DNA from: Mobula hypostoma
Taxonomy: Eukaryota
Length of the DNA stretch: 64,000 bases
NCBI RefSeq assembly: GCF_963921235.1
Contig: NC_086097.1
Location: 107,076,001-107,140,000 of the forward strand
Direction: 5' to 3'
A program made the position numbers and the translations under genes. The notes beneath the pieces are model-generated. The model ran no database searches, had not been told where the DNA came from, and saw only the letters and a program-made list of their open reading frames with translations. This document shows positions 1-11,234 of the stretch, piece by piece; position 1 is the stretch's first letter; every line of letters begins with the position of its first letter.

Positions 1-54
1 GCAAAGTCATATCACCTCTGCAGAGTTCTCTTCACCTGATGTTAATGCACTGCA

Positions 55-297
55 GTGTCATAGGGGCTAACATGACTAACATACACGGGGCGCCAGAGGT
101 TGGAGTTCAGTTCTGACATCATCTGTATATCCTCCCAATAGAAACCCCGGGTGCTCCGGTTTCCTCCCACAGACCAAAGACGTTCCAGTTAGTAGGTTAA
201 TTGGTTATTATAATTGTCCCGTGACTAGGGTTAAATCAGGGACTGCTGGGCAGTGTGGTTCAAAGGGCCAGAAAAGCAAATCTCAATAAATAAATAA
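55..297 (+). mobile_element. tRNA-derived SINE (HE1/V-SINE-like)
   Basis: Core GGTGCTCCGGTTTCCTCCCACA..CCAAAGACG..GTTAG..GGTTAATTGG followed by a (TAAA)n tail at ~286-297. Confidence 0.65.
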
Positions 298-1469
298 AAG
301 TAGGAGAGCTATCACACTGTCACTATCAATCTGACTGAATCCCTTTAATAGAACCTTCCATACCAGTGTATGTCCAAGACTCCCCCATCGCCATCTATGA
401 TACACCCTTCAGCAAGGCATGCCTGCATGTAGTCATAAAGGAATGGGTTTTAATGTCCTCAATATTGCCTCCAGATCCCATTAAGTCTCATGGCATTGTA
501 TCAAAAACAAGCAAAGGAATAGCTTAATTGCATCACTCTAATTTATCTAATGAGTCAATATTCATTATATGCTAAAAAAAATACTTGTAAGGGCACAGAA
601 TGTACTCCAATTTGGTGGACATTTGGAGAAGATATTACCAACTTATTTAGCCAGTTTGTTACTAATTGGGTCAACATGATGAGAGATCAAACTCATAGGG
701 AAGTTGTATTCAAACTCATCAATTTACCTAACATACATGAATTTGACCACAATGGCTGCCCTAGGGTTCTCACCATCACAGAAGTTAAATTTTAGCTGAT
801 CCAATAATTCTACCTGGTGTCTGGAAATGACTGAATTATCCAAAGCATAGTCTCCAACAATATTCCAGCATTAATGTTAATGGAAAGAGTTTACCATGGC
901 CATCACATCAGACCAATGTGGAAAATGGTTGCATACACCCTGCAAAAAAAAAGAAAATCATTCACACCACTTAGCAATGAGGCAGCAGAGGAATGAAAAG
1001 TAACAAAAACTGTGAGATCAAATGTCACACAGCAATTGCTGGGTGTGCCTGAGCCACTAAACTTCAGACCTATAGCTTTGGTACAAACATGAACAAAAAC
1101 CTGAATTGCGAATGTGAGGTGAAAGTGATACTCCGACATCAGGGCACCATTTGACAAAATGGTACTAGGGAGCCAGCATATAATTGAAGTTAATGCAAAT
1201 CAAAGAAAAATATTCACTGACTGGAGTCATTGTTGCCAGAGAGATAGGACATGATTGACATGAAACATCATTGCAAGAGTTCCTCAGTGGAGTGTCTTAC
1301 ACAGAACTATTTTAGTCTACTTCACAGTCTTCAACTCAAGGTTTCATCTCAAAACAAAGCCTTAATTTCCATTCATAATTAAATATACATTGCAAGACCG
1401 CAACAACCTAGAACCAATAAGCAGCCAGTAGCATGCAGAGTTAAAAACTATCAAATGGTATGAAAGACA

Positions 1470-2190
1470 AAGAGAATTTGGACTGCCTATGCAGTTCCTT
1501 AAAAGAAAGTATGAGAGATCAGAGATGGCATGCTTGCCTTTATTAGTTTCAGTATTGAGTATATGAAGAAGGAAGTTATACTCCAATTGTGCACAGCAAT
1601 AGTTTGAATGTTGTACATGAAAATTTTTAAAAACTATAGACAGTGGAAATCTGAAATAAAAACAGAAAATCTGGAAATACTCAGCTGGTCAGGCATCAGT
1701 GGAAAAATAAAAGGAGTTAATGCTTCATATCCAAGACTCTTTGTTAGGACAGAAGGGTCTTAGACCTGAAATGTTAGCTTCTCTTTCCACAAATGATGTC
1801 CAACTTGCTGAGCAATTCCAGCACTTTCTGTTCTTGAACACTGTAGTTCCAGCCAACATATTAGATACAAGAAAAATATGATAGCAGTGAATAAGGTGTA
1901 CAGAGACCTATGAAGAGGTTACCAGCACCAGAGAAATTCAGCTATGAACAAAGATCAAATCTGCTTGGGTTGTTTACTCTGGAATGAAAAAAAGGATAAA
2001 GGGATACTTTAAATGAGGTATGTAAAATTATGAGGGGGTTAGAAAGAGTCAGTAGAAAGTATCTATTTCCATTAGCAGTGGTGTCAAAAACTAAGGGATC
2101 AACAGGATTACCGACCTGGTGCTGAAAAGTGGAGCTTAGAATAGGCATGACGGGCCAAATGACCTCTGTCTGCATCATAAATTTCTGATG
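1470..2190 (+). mobile_element. Decayed CR1 LINE 3' fragment, interrupted by a Penelope-derived palindrome
   Basis: Degenerate match to the CR1 ORF2 C-terminal region found intact elsewhere in the window (e.g. GAGGTATGTAAAATTATGAGGGG) and a CR1-type 3' end GGGCCAAATGACCT. Confidence 0.55.
1640..1835. mobile_element. Palindromic non-autonomous Penelope-like terminal-repeat element
   Basis: Left arm (AACAGAAAATCTGGAAATACTCAGC..CAAGACTCTT) is the imperfect reverse complement of the right arm (AAGGGTCTTAGACCTGAAATGTT..GCTGAGCAATTCCAGCACTTTCTGTT). Same motif as the PLE 3' ends at 12730-12860 and 51890-52020. Confidence 0.6.
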
Positions 2191-2349
2191 TTCTTTGATT
2201 CGTTTAGATAAATACCAGGCATTAGTCATCCCTAGCAATACACACAATTCACTGAAGGGACTCAAAGTCAGGGAGCATCTGTGGAGGGAAACAAGTAGTG
2301 GATGTTTTGGGCAATATCATCAGGACAATAGTCATCTCCAAAAACATTG

Positions 2350-2645
2350 GGATAGCACAGAGGCACAACTAGTAGAGCAGCCACTTCACAGTTCCAGCAA
2401 TCAAAGTTCATTCTCCCTGTGAACGGATCTTTTTTTGAATGTTCTGGTTCCCTTCAAAATCTCAAAAGTGCTCATGCAAAAATGTCAATTGGTTACCTGT
2501 AAATTGTCTCTAATGTCTAAATGAGTGACAAAATCTGTGGCAGGATGGAAAAAACAACAGAGAGAATGGTGAAATTAGCTGTCTGATGAACACCATGGAT
2601 TCACTAAAGCCAAGTTCCATTTTTGTGCTCTATAACTCTATGACT
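2350..2645 (+). mobile_element. Decayed SINE with CR1-type tail
   Basis: V-SINE-like core (GTAAATTGTCTCTAATGT) and tail TGTGCTCTATAACTCTATGACT. Confidence 0.5.
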
Positions 2646-2739
2646 TTCTTGCCTAATGGTCTCTCTGATATTCACTGGCAAATCCATCAATGAATAATCC
2701 GGAAACAACAGGAATTCTGCAGATGCTGGATCCGGGACA

Positions 2740-3086
2740 ACTTGGTGTCACCACTGATGAGAAACCATGGGGGCCAAGTGTGCTGAATGTGGGATGAGAG
2801 AAAGTATCTTTATGGATGTGGACATGTTACCAAACCATTGAACCGAAATAGTCACAATACTATAAGGGCAGGTTATAGGCAATTTCCCAACATTGTTTTA
2901 AATCATCACAAGATAAAAACTATTGGTGTGATGAAATATTCCCAATTTCAAATATGAAGCAACAACACTAAAGCTTGGCAAAATCTAGAACAACACAGTT
3001 CAATGGTTTGGCAAACATGTCCACACCCATAACAACTTTCTCTCTTTCCACATTCAGCACACTGGTACCCATGGTGCACACCAATT
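2740..3086. repeat. Fold-back / MITE-like long imperfect inverted repeat
   Basis: 2764-2843 is the imperfect reverse complement of 2998-3075. There is an inner pair TCATCACA/TGTGATGA and an outer pair ACTTGGTGTCACC / GGTGCACACCAATT. Confidence 0.75.
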
Positions 3087-3118
3087 CCCCAAGGTCACAT
3101 GAGCAGAATACCCTATAC

Positions 3119-3751
3119 CAATGGTCCCCAACCTCCGGGCCACGGACCGATACCAGGCCACGAAGCATGCAGGGGTGCAGCAGTAGCCGGAGCACACCCA
3201 GCACATCTTTAAGAAAAAAGCCAAAATAAACAAGCTAATTAATTAGGTGCCACCCAGAAGCCAGTCTTCATTCGAGGAACTAAGGTGGAGAGGGTCAATA
3301 ACTTTAAATTCTTCGGCATTAAGGATCGACGTTTTTCTCTCACTGAAAAGTGCCAGAGGATCTGTCCTGGGACCCCAGCATGTGACTGTCATTACAAAGA
3401 AAGCACGGCAGTGCCTATACTTTATTAGAAGTTTGTGTAGACTCAACATGTCACCTTGATCCTGACAGCCCTGTCTTTTCAGCTTGCCTGGGCTGGCGTT
3501 TCAATTGACCAAACAATGAAACAGCTAAAGGCTCCAGCGCCCTGGAAAGAAGGGTGAACATCGCGTAGAGCAAGTGAAATCGGCAATCGCCTCTGATATG
3601 GGCCAATGTTTACGTGCCAGCCGGCACCTAATTAATTAGCTTGTTTATTTCAGCTTTTTTTTTCTTGAAGATGTGCTGGGTGCGCTCCGGCTACCCCTGC
3701 ATGCTTCGCGGTCCAGTATTGGTCCACGACCCAGAGGGTTGGGGACCACTG
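3119..3751. mobile_element. Non-autonomous hAT (Charlie-like) DNA transposon containing a Rex1-type LINE fragment
   Basis: Termini CAATGGTCCCCAACC / GGTTGGGGACCACTG with ~130-bp inverted arms. 8-bp TSD CCCTATAC (3111-3118) / CCTTATAC (3752-3759). Internal ~3280-3455 encodes a Rex1-like peptide ITKKARQCLYFIRSL. Confidence 0.85.
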
Positions 3752-3999
3752 CCTTATACAAATGGGGAACAAGATTTCCCAGTACAATTTCTTCTGGGGT
3801 TAAAGAGGCATTTAATTATGGCCAATTTTAAACTCTAAAAGCATCACAATGTCCCACAGCAGGGTTTAACATAAAGTTATGCGTTATTCAATATTGCCAA
3901 GCCAATTTTGGAAAAACAGAAATGTTGCAGAAACATTTCTGGGTTAATAGTTTCTCAGCATTTAGGTAAGACTTCATCAACTTGCCTTTAAAGGCATAC

Positions 4000-4790
4000 A
4001 GTTATGTACCCCATAATGGTTTATAGAACCAGCAAAAATGGAAACACACCTGGAGTCTGGTATTGCTGTTAATTAAAGCTATTTTATTAGTAACTACGCA
4101 GTACAGTAATATAAAAATCAGATAAATCAAACAGGTTAGCAAAGTTCATGCATATATAAGTGTGGAAATATATAAAAGCCAAGCTTCTTCAAGCTTAGGA
4201 GGTAAATGGATACAGTCTTACGATGACGCATATATAAAATCAGTTCAATTTGTGGTATTGAGTTGAGTAGTGTTGTAGAGAGAGAGAGGCGTTGTGGTTG
4301 TCCGAGTAAGCCGATGCCGTCAATCCTCCGTTGTCCTCCGAAATCCTTTAAAGTCACCGAATGTGACCACAAAAAGGAGACAGTCTTCTGTGGTGAAGCT
4401 ATCAACCCAGACAAGGGTTGTGACCACAAAAAGGAGACAGTCTTCTGTGGTGAAGCTATCAACCCAGACAAGGGTTGGATACACTGATATCTTCCCACTA
4501 GTCACCCCTTTTCCACACTGCGAGAGCCAATGATCAATTCTCCCACTCGATCCTCCAAAACCCACCTTTCTGTGGGCACACAAAGCTCATCCAGTGTCCA
4601 AAACCATATGTGTCCGTAACTGTCCTTGTAAAAAGTAAACACGCTACAGATAAACCATAACATCCATTGTCCATCAAATAACTCCACCTCTCTCTGGAGC
4701 AGCTCAAACAGTCTCCAAAAGTCAGTCTCATTCTCCGGATGTTTTAAAGTGACAGTCCACAAAAAATATGAACCGTAGAGGTACATAACA
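4000..4790 (-). mobile_element. Solo LTR (~790 bp)
   Basis: Terminal inverted repeats (A)GTTATGTACC / GGTACATAACA, minus-strand AATAAA near 4083-4088, and flanks ATAC/ACAC as a 4-bp TSD with one mismatch. Confidence 0.7.
4362..4477. repeat. Perfect 57-bp tandem duplication inside the solo LTR
   Basis: The unit TGTGACCACAAAAAGGAGACAGTC..CAGACAAGGGT starts at 4362 and again at 4419. Confidence 0.95.
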
Positions 4791-5489
4791 ACACATGCAA
4801 AACACCACTGGCATTCTTTCAATGACTGGATATTGCTGATTATTTCAACTATTTACAGTACTCATGAAGGCAAGGAGAATACTCCCTGGTTTAGTAAGAG
4901 GGATCTGAAGAAGCTGGTACAAATACCAAAATGAAGAAAAATGCAAAGAGCCATGGGTCATACAGATATTCCAGTGCTGCCTGCAAATGTACAAGGGTAC
5001 CAGAATGCGCCCTTAGAAGCAACATTGTCCATAATGATATAACCTCACAAAACACATCATGGTTTCACAACATTGACTACAGGCGAGTTCTCAGAATTTA
5101 AAACTTAACCATTACATCTACAGCTTTTGCCTTCAGTCCCATTCACATTTTACTAATACCATTCATTGCAATACCTCATATTTCTGCTTCCCTTCTTTCC
5201 TATCTCCCTCTCCATGCCCCACTGCTCTGATCCCCTTTTCTTTCCCAGCTGTTCTATGTGCTTCTTACTCACTCTCCCTATGTGTTTTCTTCTGTGCCCC
5301 TTCCGGTCTCTGACTCACCCTCAGTGCATCTCCAACAAGCATTTTTAGTCACCTATGTTTGAGTCATTTAACTACCATGTGCTTTTAAATATTTCAACAG
5401 CTGTCACTGGTGGATGTAACTTGCATTTTATTGTTGCTTTCCTTGGATAATCTTTATGACATTATTCTAATGACAGGGTAGTAAACTTT

Positions 5490-5781
5490 AATTTAAAGAT
5501 TAAAGAGTCAAATGTACATCGAAACATACAGTGAAGCACATTGTTTTGCATCAACAAACAAGGATTGTGCCGGGCAGCCTGCAAATGTTGCCACCCTTTG
5601 AATTCTAACATAACATGCCCACAACCTATTCACTCATCTTTGGAATGTGGGAGGAAACTGGAGCACCCAGAGTCATAGGGAGAACATACAAACTCCTTAC
5701 AGAAAGTGGCAGGAATCAAGCCCCAAACAGTGATTGCTAGTGCTTCAAAGCGTTTGAGCTAACCGCTACACTAATGTGCCA
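5490..5781 (-). mobile_element. SINE (V-SINE/HE1-like), antisense
   Basis: TCTTTGGAATGTGGGAGGAAACTGGAGCACCC..GGGAGAACATACAAACTCCTTACAG, the reverse complement of the core at 55-297. Confidence 0.65.
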
Positions 5782-5984
5782 GCCTTTATTTTACAAGGGC
5801 AATCTAGGGTACTATCTTGTAAGGGCTTATCGAATTATCCTGCTTTCTTCAAAGAGTCCTGGTCAAGAGAGTACTCAATGCTGCCAGCAGTAGCTTACTA
5901 CTGTTTGATTTTATGTGAGCAATAATTGTACATTCATGCTTATAATGGTGACAAAGTTTCCTCATAAGCTCTACACTACCAGAT

Positions 5985-6190
5985 TTTTATTTAGAGCTAC
6001 AGCATACTAAGACCCTTCTGGCCCAACGAGCCACATTGCCCAGTCATACCCGTGTGATCTGGATTCTACTAACCTGGAATGCGGGAGGAAACCGAAGCAC
6101 CCAGAGGTCATGGAGAGAATGTACAAACTCATACAGACAGCAGCAGAATTGAACCTAAGTAGTGTTACATTGTTACACTTCCATGTCACC
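5985..6190 (-). mobile_element. SINE (V-SINE/HE1-like), antisense
   Basis: GGAATGCGGGAGGAAACCGAAGCACCC..GAGAATGTACAAACTC core plus an antisense CR1-like tail. Confidence 0.6.
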
Positions 6191-7594
6191 AATAGAGATG
6201 GTGCCATTGCAAATCTAGTCCACTAGTAGAAAAATACCTTTGGAAATGTGATTACAGTAATGGATGCCAAACATCAAAGGTTTGCAATCCCTTGCAGCTT
6301 GCTGTTCAAAAATGTGTGTCATTGAAACGTCATTGATGTTTGAAGAATCAAAGAAGGGCAGAAACAGATAATCTAGAATGCAGCCTGCACAGCACAAGGA
6401 GTTTCTTTTCTCACTTTCTGCATCTCTGTTATGGAGTCCACAAAATTTCTGATAATGATGTGATTTTAAATGGACTGGTAATCTGGTGTGTTTGCAGCTG
6501 TGAATAAAGTTACAAGTCCTATGAGCAGGAGGTAGGTCCATTCCTCAAAAATCTCTCCTTCACAGCAATGTGGCCTGGAAGATGAGAGGCAATTATGTCT
6601 GATTAAGAATGAATGAGTCGAGGAAGGTGCCAGTAATACTGGAATTAACCCTTACAAAAATTGAGATTCCATCAAATGCAGATTAAGACGAAGTAATTAC
6701 ATTCTATTAAAGTATATTTGTGTGTCGAGAATGGAAGCTGTAATGGCCACGTAATTGCCACATTTGAGGTCCTACACTTTGGGAAAGCCTGCAATGGCAG
6801 TAAATGCCTGTCCCTGGTTTGCCTGCTCCTATATCTGATGAAATATAAATCTGGTCTCAGAGTAGAGCATACCAACAATTATCCCAATAGAAAGGCAAGC
6901 AGCGAACTGTGAGATGCTGCAGCACATATAAGTAGCTATCAGCTGTAATGAACCTGAGGCTTGAAGTTGAGAGTAAAGGTAACTTAAAAGCAGCAAAGAC
7001 ATCTAAGCAACTTGTACTTGAAGTTTAATGGGATCAGGGATCAGTACGAGGACTAACTTGTTGAGGCATGATTAAATGGATCAAACCAAAAACTGTAGAC
7101 AAAAGTGTAACTGAGTGGAAATTCAGTGCTGAGGCCTTGCACACTTTCTACCCATGTAGTTTCCATGGGTACCCAAGATGCCTGGGAGGAGTCTTCTGTA
7201 CACCAATGAACAGGAACGTCAGGTCCGGAACAAGGACCATTGTAAGCCAGTTTTGACTGCAACAAAATATCACCTTTACTTTATTGTTTTTAAGTCAAAA
7301 CACAAACTACGGCTGAAGTCTTTCACAATCAATTTGTAATGGTTAAGCAAATGGCCACTCTCAAGAAGACAAAAAGATTTTGCAGCAAAGTCTTCATCAA
7401 TGAAAGAATATACAAGGTAGCCTAATAACAAGAGTGAATACTAGAATCAATGTCATCAGCATCACACCTAGTGCTTTGATGCACTTTAGGATGACTAATA
7501 AAAAAGCTCAGTAAACTATAAATGACAATTATTTGAAAAATGTGCATATGCAAGTAAAGAATACTTGATATTGACAAGCACAAATCCATAAAAG

Positions 7595-8033
7595 GGAACT
7601 GATTTAGTCAGCTCCATCTTGGGTACCAGCCTACGAAGTACCCAGGACATCTTCAAGGAGTGGTGTCTCAGAAAGGCAGCGCCCATTACTAAGGACCTCC
7701 AGCTCCCAGGGCATGTCCTTTTCTCACTGTTACCATCAGGTAGGAGGTACAGAAGCCTGAAGGCACACACTCAGTGATTCAGGAACAGCTTCTTCCCCTC
7801 TGCCATCCAATTCCCAAATGGACATTGAACCCGTGAACACTACCTCACTTTTTTAATATATTATTTCTGTTTTTGCACAGTTTTTAATCTATTCAATATA
7901 CGTATACTGTAATTGATTTACTTTTTTATTTGTTATTTTTTCTTCTATATTATGTATTGCCTTGAACTGTTGCTGCTAAGTTAACAAATTTCATGACACA
8001 TGCAGGTGATAAGAAACCTGATTCTAATTCTGA
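7595..8033 (+). mobile_element. Rex1/Babar-type LINE 3' fragment
   Basis: Encodes a LLPSGRRYRSL..FRNSFFP-type C-terminus, followed by 3' UTR and a (GATTCT)n tail. Same family as 47545-48572. Confidence 0.75.
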
Positions 8034-8119
8034 TAAAAGTGTTGCCTATTTGCATAAACATAGCTCAATAAATCACTTGCTTTGTCACAAAAGAGCCATG
8101 GACAATTCTGCACACTATA

Positions 8120-8677
8120 CACCCGGTAGTCATTTTATTAGGAACAAGAGGTACCTAATAAAGTGGCCAATGAGTGCATGCTTGTGGCCCTCTGCTGCTA
8201 TAGCCCAACAACTTCAAGGTTTGATGTGTTATGCATTCATAGATGCTCCACTGCACACCACTGTTATAACACATAGTTAGTTAAGTTGCTGTCACTTTGT
8301 CAGCTTAAAAAAGTTCGGTCATTCCCCTTTGACCTTTCTCATTAACAAGTCCTTTTCACCCACAGAATTGCGCTCACTGAATGTTTTCTGTTTTCTGCAC
8401 CATTCTCTGTAAACCACAGAGACTGTTGTGCATGAAAACCTCTGGAGATCAGCAGTTTCCAAGATACTCGAACCACTCCATCTGGCATCAACAATCTTTC
8501 CACAGTCACTTAGATCACATTTCTTCCCCATTCTGATGTTTGGTCTGAACAACAACTGAACTTCTAAACCATATCTGCATGCTTTTATGCACCGAGTTGC
8601 TGGCATATGATTGGCTAATTAGATATTTGCATTAATGAGCATGGCATAAGTACACCTAATGAAGTAGCCACTGAGTG
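8120..8677 (-). mobile_element. Tc1/mariner deletion derivative
   Basis: TIR-like ends CACCCGGTAGTCATTTTATTAGG / CCTAATGAAGTAGCCACTGAGTG, preceded by TA. Minus ORF 8319-8606 contains MGKKCDLSD..ETADLQRFSCTTVSVVYREW, the Tc1 transposase N-terminal HTH. Confidence 0.85.
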
Positions 8678-10029
8678 AGAAAGGTGTAAAAAGACATCAA
8701 GAGCAGTGTTCTTCTTGGAATAATTAGGTAAAGAAGTAATCCAACAGAGATCTTGAACCTAGTGAAACACTTAAATTGAGTAATTGGAGAAAAGAATCCC
8801 TTTTCTGAAAAATGTTAAAAGGCCTAGCTGAAAAAGAGCTGGGAATCCAAGGGCCATGAAGAAATTGTCTGACATAAGCAGTCCAGTGGCTTATTAGGAG
8901 GCTTATAAAAGTGTTTCAACAACTTGACTGAAAATGAGGTAGAGTTTGCTTCACTTTACATCTGTCATCCCGTAAGTATTAACATGCTGAAATCTACTTT
9001 GATGACCACCTCCAGGCATAATGCATCCAGGCTGTAATAAAGGGAGTCAGAGAAGGTTTACAGAGTTGGAAAATTAAATGACTATTTTGCAGGCTCTCGA
9101 ACTCAACACAGAAAGAGTCAGGTATCTGAAAATTGGTGGACTGCACAGATCAAAAAAATAAGTAGTTTCCTTATCTCTATAATCCATTTCCCTGTGGACC
9201 AGCAGACAGCAATATCTTTTGGTCTCTCTCAGCTGAGATGTATCAGTCTGCAAACAGAAACCTGTCACATTTCAGGACATAGAACTGCTGGACAAGAATA
9301 TTGTATTACAAGTGACCATAGACCTGCACCGTTGACAAAGACCACTGCAGTACCAGCGTAGAAATTATAAAATAGAATTATCAAGTCTTCCATGAAAGGC
9401 ACACAAACTTATTTGGTATAGAACTGAATGGTTTTCCACCAAATTATCTCAAGTGTGGAAAATACAAGATGAACTATATTTCACAGAGTATTCTGACTGG
9501 AAACTGAACGGAGCTACCAGATATCTTCAAAACACACAAATCTGTGCTAACAATTATTTAATTTTAAGAATCAAAATGCATATTTTGAACTCAAAGGAAC
9601 CACTATGTGTACGAAGTGAGTAATTCATCTGTATGAAGACCATGAAGTACACTTTAGTGAGTCATCATTGGGTTCAGTCTATGGACTTCTCTTTGAGAAA
9701 TGAAACACTCCTTGCTTCAGCCATACTAAACACATCACACAACTCTATAAAGGAAAAGGAACCCACTTGGCCTGCTATTATGCCTGTCCCTTCATTGCAC
9801 AGAGTTTATTCCATTTTTTCTCAGGTCCTCTTTTTTTATCCCTGTATCTAAACCATTGATCATTGTATAAGTGCTATTTCCTGAACCAAATACAGAACTC
9901 AAAGACTTCATTACCTTTGTGCCACCTTCTATCCTGTTCTTACTTTCACAGTCCTGATTTTTAATTTTTCCTTACTATTCTTGATTCATCTGCCTTCAGT
10001 ATGGTAAACAAGTTACTATTCTACAGAAC

Positions 10030-10336
10030 TGGTTTGCCATTCCTTTCTCCTAGACGATGTCTTTGCAAGACAGGTGACCCCAGCATTATCAATACTCTTC
10101 AGAGATTGTCTACCTGGCAGTCAGTGATTGCATAACCAGGATTTGTGATATGCACCAACTGCTCATACGACCATCCACTACCACCTGCTCCCATGGCTTT
10201 ATGTGACCCTGATCAGGGGGTGGTGGGAGAGGGCGGCTACTCTGGTGCTACACCATGGCCAAGGGTAACCTGCAGGCTAGTGTAAGGAAGGAGCACCCTA
10301 CACCTCCTTTGGTACAGACATACCTCTACCTTGCCA
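10030..10336 (-). mobile_element. RTE-related SINE
   Basis: Contains GGTTTGCCATTCCTTTCTCC (antisense of the RTE/Bov-A-type GGAGAAGGCAATGGCAAACC motif). Reverse-complement match to 38683-38850. Confidence 0.65.
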
Positions 10337-10364
10337 TCTATGAGCTGGGCACTGGAGCCTCTGC

Positions 10365-11054
10365 AAAGTGACAAATTTGCAGAACACGACCATTTATTCC
10401 ACAAGGGTGACAACGAGCTTCAAACAGCCTGTCACTTCAATTCTCCATCTTTACCTCTGGCCTCCTGCACAGTTCCATCAAAGCTCAGCGCAAGTTCAAG
10501 GAACATCACTTTGTCTTCCATCTAGGCTGTGATGCAACCAGTCAGAATACTCGTAACCATATCTCTATAGAGATTTGCAAGAGTCTTTTGTGACTTACCA
10601 AATTTCCTGAAATTCCTAATGAAGTAGAACCACTACTGTGCCTTCTTCACGAATGCATCAATGTGTTGGGCCCAGGAAAGATCCTCTGAAATGATGATAC
10701 CCAGAAACTTGAAGCTGCTGCTAGAATCTGAAGAAGTTACAACATCAGTCCTTTTCCTTCCTCTCATCCCATCATTCAGGGACCCAAGATGTCCTTCAGG
10801 GTGAAGGAGTAATTCATTTTCACCTCTTCCAATTTAGTGCATTGCGTTTGTACTCACAACATGACCTTCTCTACATTAGAAAGCACAAACACAGAAAGTG
10901 ACAAATTTGCAGAACATGACCATTTATTCCACAAGGGTGACAAGAAGCTTCAAACAGCCTGTCACTTCAATTCTCCATCTTTACCTCTGGCCTTCTGCAC
11001 AGTTCCAACAAAGCTCAGCGCAAGTTCAAGGAACATCACTTTGTCTTCCATCTA
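10365..11054 (+). repeat. 160-bp direct repeat of a Penelope GIY-YIG fragment, 530 bp apart
   Basis: 10365-10524 and 10895-11054 differ at about 5 positions; both encode DKFAEH..ACHFNSPS. Confidence 0.9.
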
Positions 11055-11234
11055 CACATGTTGCAGTGCTCAGAACTCAATATAATTGAACAGCTTTATA
11101 TGTCCAGCCTCTTCTTCTTGTGACAGAAATGGCCAGTTCTAATGCAAGGTCATCAGGTTTTCTCTCCCCATAGATCTGATCTGTTGAACAGTTCCAATTT
11201 TTCAGATTTCTAGAAATTGCTGGGTTTGCATCTC

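Noticed and set aside
4362..4477. CRISPR-like repeat
   Set aside because: Only two adjacent units with no spacer, inside an LTR in eukaryotic DNA.
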